Origin: a virus
Lineage: Duplodnaviria; Caudoviricetes
Direction: 5' to 3' (one strand)
IMG/VR virus record: IMGVR_UViG_3300030389_002895
Location: 1-56,993 of that record
DNA length: 56,993 nt
Both the position numbers and the translations under genes were made by a program. The first letter of the stretch is position 1. Each line of letters opens with the position of its first letter. Below, piece after piece: positions 56,121 through 56,993 of this stretch. Below the pieces are notes generated by a model. That model searched no databases and had not been told where the DNA came from. It saw only the letters and a list, made by a program, of their open reading frames with translations.

Positions 56121-56930
56121 TTAACTCCCTGCTCCGTTGGTAGGGCTATCAATAACTTGATAATGTGTTCCCATACCTGTTGTAAAGTCATTACCATTTC
56201 CTGAACTGTCATTACCTAAATCGCTTGCATTTTCAAATTTAAGATGAAAACCATTATTACCAAATGTAGTACCACTTGGGTCTTTTGGAATCCACACACC
56301 ATTTTTAGTTTCACCAAATTGAGTAGGTGCGTAAGCTTGTCCATCTGCGAAGATAGCTTCAGCTTGATAGCCATTAAAATTATATACTCCGTAATAAGCT
56401 TCTGTCCCTAAAACATATTGTGTAGCACCACTTGTGTTAAATTTAAAATCTTCATTTTGTGGGTAATGACCACTACTAACAGTGCCAGACATATCTATTT
56501 GACTACCATTAACATAAACTTTTACTCTATCACCTGAACTTGATTGTGCTGAATCAAAAACCACTACTATATGATAGAAACTAGATGTATCTCTAAATTG
56601 AGCTGTACTTTTATGACCATAACTTGTGCCACCTCTTTGTCCTTGTAATGTAATTTTATCATCACCATCAAAATGAAGCATATCAAATTGAGTATTACCA
56701 GTTCCTCCATAAAACCAAGCATTGAAATCACCGCCAGTAGATACTTCACTTCTTTTCACCCAAGCACTTAAAGTGCCTTTATCAACATTTGAAGGTGTTC
56801 CAACACTTGTTTTTTTAAGAGTATAATTGTCTCCAGAAGTGCCATCGCCTCTTACCGACTGATTGATTTGATATTCATAGAAGCCACTAGCTCCACCTGG
56901 ATTTTGAAAAAACTCACCTTGTACTGGCAT
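56121..56930 (-). CDS. Concanavalin A-like (LamG) tail fibre protein
   Basis: T.SAWVKRS, FRD.S..YHIVV, YVNG and GFHLKF...LG.DSSGNGNDF motifs. Confidence 0.8.
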   Translation of the reverse strand: MPVQGEFFQNPGGASGFYEYQINQSVRGDGTSGDNYTLKKTSVGTPSNVDKGTLSAWVKRSEVSTGGDFNAWFYGGTGNTQFDMLHFDGDDKITLQGQRGGTSYGHKSTAQFRDTSSFYHIVVVFDSAQSSSGDRVKVYVNGSQIDMSGTVSSGHYPQNEDFKFNTSGATQYVLGTEAYYGVYNFNGYQAEAIFADGQAYAPTQFGETKNGVWIPKDPSGTTFGNNGFHLKFENASDLGNDSSGNGNDFTTGMGTHYQVIDSPTNGAGS

Positions 56931-56993
56931 TACTTATGTCTCCTATGCAAATGCAAGTTGTGGTGCTCCTAGTTGAATACTTGCAGAAGCCTT
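56893..56993 (+). repeat. Terminal direct repeat / assembly overlap, copy 2
   Basis: Matches 1-101 with one mismatch. Confidence 0.97.

Larger units (their letters stand above)
1..56993. mobile_element. Complete circularised dsDNA tailed phage genome (podovirus-like, probably HTVC023P-type marine phage)
   Basis: Terminal 101-bp overlap; full set of packaging, head, tail, ejection, lysis and replication genes; no host housekeeping genes. Confidence 0.93.

Noticed and set aside
56116-56125. Stop-codon readthrough joining the two fibre ORFs
   Set aside because: The ORFs are out of frame and the second has its own RBS
1-56993. tRNAs, integrase, RNA polymerase, reverse transcriptase/DGR, introns, inteins, alternative genetic code
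   Set aside because: No supporting motifs seen; core genes are uninterrupted and of normal length in the standard code (manual inspection only)

Overview
The window looks like one complete, circularly closed genome of a lytic marine podovirus-type tailed phage of about 56.9 kb. Bases 1-101 recur at 56893-56993 with one mismatch. It is AT-rich and almost wholly coded on the minus strand. Gene content is family A DNA polymerase, AEP-type primase, UvrD and SNF2 helicases, GroES, M15 peptidase, portal, MCP, TerL/TerS, large ejection proteins, a SET protein, a 2OG oxygenase and glycosyltransferases. From recall this resembles HTVC023P-type pelagiphages of marine Alphaproteobacteria; that assignment is an inference, not a search result. 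No integrase, RNA polymerase, tRNA or CRISPR array was seen. The most notable uncharacterised signals are five. (1) A promoter-driven small RNA candidate at about 25173-25262 exposes CCUCCAUUGGU, the complement of the ribosome-binding leader shared by the early-gene cassettes. (2) A second structured RNA candidate at about 27899-28058 carries an anti-SD loop. (3) An early cassette array with G-tract and GC-rich repeats lies between terS and terL. (4) A family of Lys/Arg-rich late proteins shares a hydrophobic-x-x-GG motif. (5) A SET/2OG/glycosyltransferase/GNAT-like cluster may modify virion proteins.
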